44,970 bases of DNA from Escherichia phage vB_EcoP_C: the sequence record NC_047807.1. One strand, given 5' to 3'. Shown here in pieces: positions 44,108 to 44,970 of the stretch; the stretch's first letter is position 1, and each line of letters opens with the position of its first letter. The notes under the pieces were generated by a model, which saw nothing but the letters and a program-made list of their open reading frames with translations, had not been told where the DNA came from and did no database searches. The position numbers were made by a program, and so were the translations under genes.

Positions 44108-44970
44108 TTACTTAGTCAACTCTTCTACTGCCTCAGAGATTAAGGGCCATGCTTCATGGCCTTCACCGTAGCCTAGCTTAACCAGTTCGCGGCGTGCCTT
44201 GTTAACTGCTGTTTTCTTCGTTGCCTCCTCAGCGCTTAAACCTAAGCGAGCATAGAAGCAGGAAGATTTGAATTGCGGCAGCATAGGCGCGGCTGCCTTC
44301 TTGCTTTCGCGTGCGCTACTTAAGGAGGCGATGCGGTCATTGGCTGCCTGTAATTGCTCAGTCAGTGCTTTAATTTGTGCCAGCAGACCAGCAATAGCGG
44401 CATTCTCAGTATTAGCCGTGTTATCCAGCGGCGCGGCCTTCGGTGCCTCCGGCTTGCTTTCCTCTTCCCATGGTGCTGATTCGTCGGCCTCCTGCTCGCT
44501 CGCGGGTGGCACTACCTGCGGCGCTTGCATTTCCTGTGATTCTGCGGCCTCAGTCGCGTTCTCCTGCGGTTTTACCGCCTCAGCCTTAGATTGTACCGTT
44601 TCAGTCTTTATCTCTTTCTTAGGTTCAATCAGGGCGTTTACGGCATTAGTGTCCAGCTTGCCAGCTGCGGCGAGTTCTGCGGCCTTCTCCATGATTATAT
44701 TTTCATCAGCGAAAGGAACAAGCGCCAGCATTACACGCATAGCCACACCTTTAAAGCGTTCGTCTCCTTCAAAGACACGGGCTACACTCATCAGCTTGTA
44801 GCATTGTGCCTTCTTGATGCCGAACTCTGATTCTACATAAGCTAAAAAGTCTTTTTGACCTTCGAAATCACCGCGTAATTCATTCAGACAAGCGCCAACT
44901 TTGATGTAAGAAGTGCCGATATTGTCTAAGTGCTGCTTGATTTCAGCGGTTGCAGCTTCACGAACAGACA
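44108..44970 (-). CDS. Hypothetical early protein, 5'-partial at window edge
   Basis: ORF track gives 227 aa from ATG at 44791, but the frame has no stop for the further 59 codons up to the window end. Confidence 0.55.
   Translation of the reverse strand, partial: SVREAATAEIKQHLDNIGTSYIKVGACLNELRGDFEGQKDFLAYVESEFGIKKAQCYKLMSVARVFEGDERFKGVAMRVMLALVPFADENIIMEKAAELAAAGKLDTNAVNALIEPKKEIKTETVQSKAEAVKPQENATEAAESQEMQAPQVVPPASEQEADESAPWEEESKPEAPKAAPLDNTANTENAAIAGLLAQIKALTEQLQAANDRIASLSSARESKKAAAPMLPQFKSSCFYARLGLSAEEATKKTAVNKARRELVKLGYGEGHEAWPLISEAVEELTK

Noticed and set aside
1-44970. Lysogeny functions or tRNA genes
   Set aside because: No integrase, repressor, excisionase, attachment-site-like or cloverleaf-capable sequence was recognised; the content is that of a strictly lytic T7-supergroup phage.

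Overview
The window is almost the whole genome of an SP6-like (T7-supergroup) virulent coliphage, given as the reverse complement of the conventional map: essentially every real gene is on the minus strand. From 44970 down to 1 the order is early gene(s), single-subunit RNA polymerase (N-terminus matches SP6 RNAP from memory), DNA metabolism (primase/helicase, DNA polymerase, 5'-3' exonuclease, endonuclease VII, ligase), portal, scaffold, capsid, tail tubular proteins, internal virion proteins, adaptor, holin, terminase, lysis genes, and an 811-aa endosialidase tailspike with a C-terminal chaperone domain, pointing to the K1E/K1-5 lineage. This is followed by a non-coding genome-end region with heptamer repeats (about 2250-3200) and further early genes including an Ocr homologue. 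Eleven copies of an SP6-type phage promoter (plus strand reads CTATAGTGTC[C/A][G/A]GTAAAT) punctuate the map. The most notable feature is a terminase large-subunit gene split by a roughly 746-nt group I intron carrying a GIY-YIG homing endonuclease ORF; I can see P1, P10, P7 core elements and a GNRA-capped hairpin directly in the sequence. Other points of interest are a free-standing HNH endonuclease, six perfect 16-bp palindromes GTCTCAC-NN-GTGAGAC in intergenic sites, a tandem pair of paralogous small genes with their own promoter, a GNAT acetyltransferase, a calcineurin-like phosphoesterase, and a recurring acidic C-terminal tail ending in an aromatic residue on several replication proteins. 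All identifications are from reading the sequence and recalled family signatures; no database search was run. Start codons were refined by hand from the ORF track (which also uses GTG/TTG starts) using Shine-Dalgarno context, so coordinates of small features may be off by a base or two.
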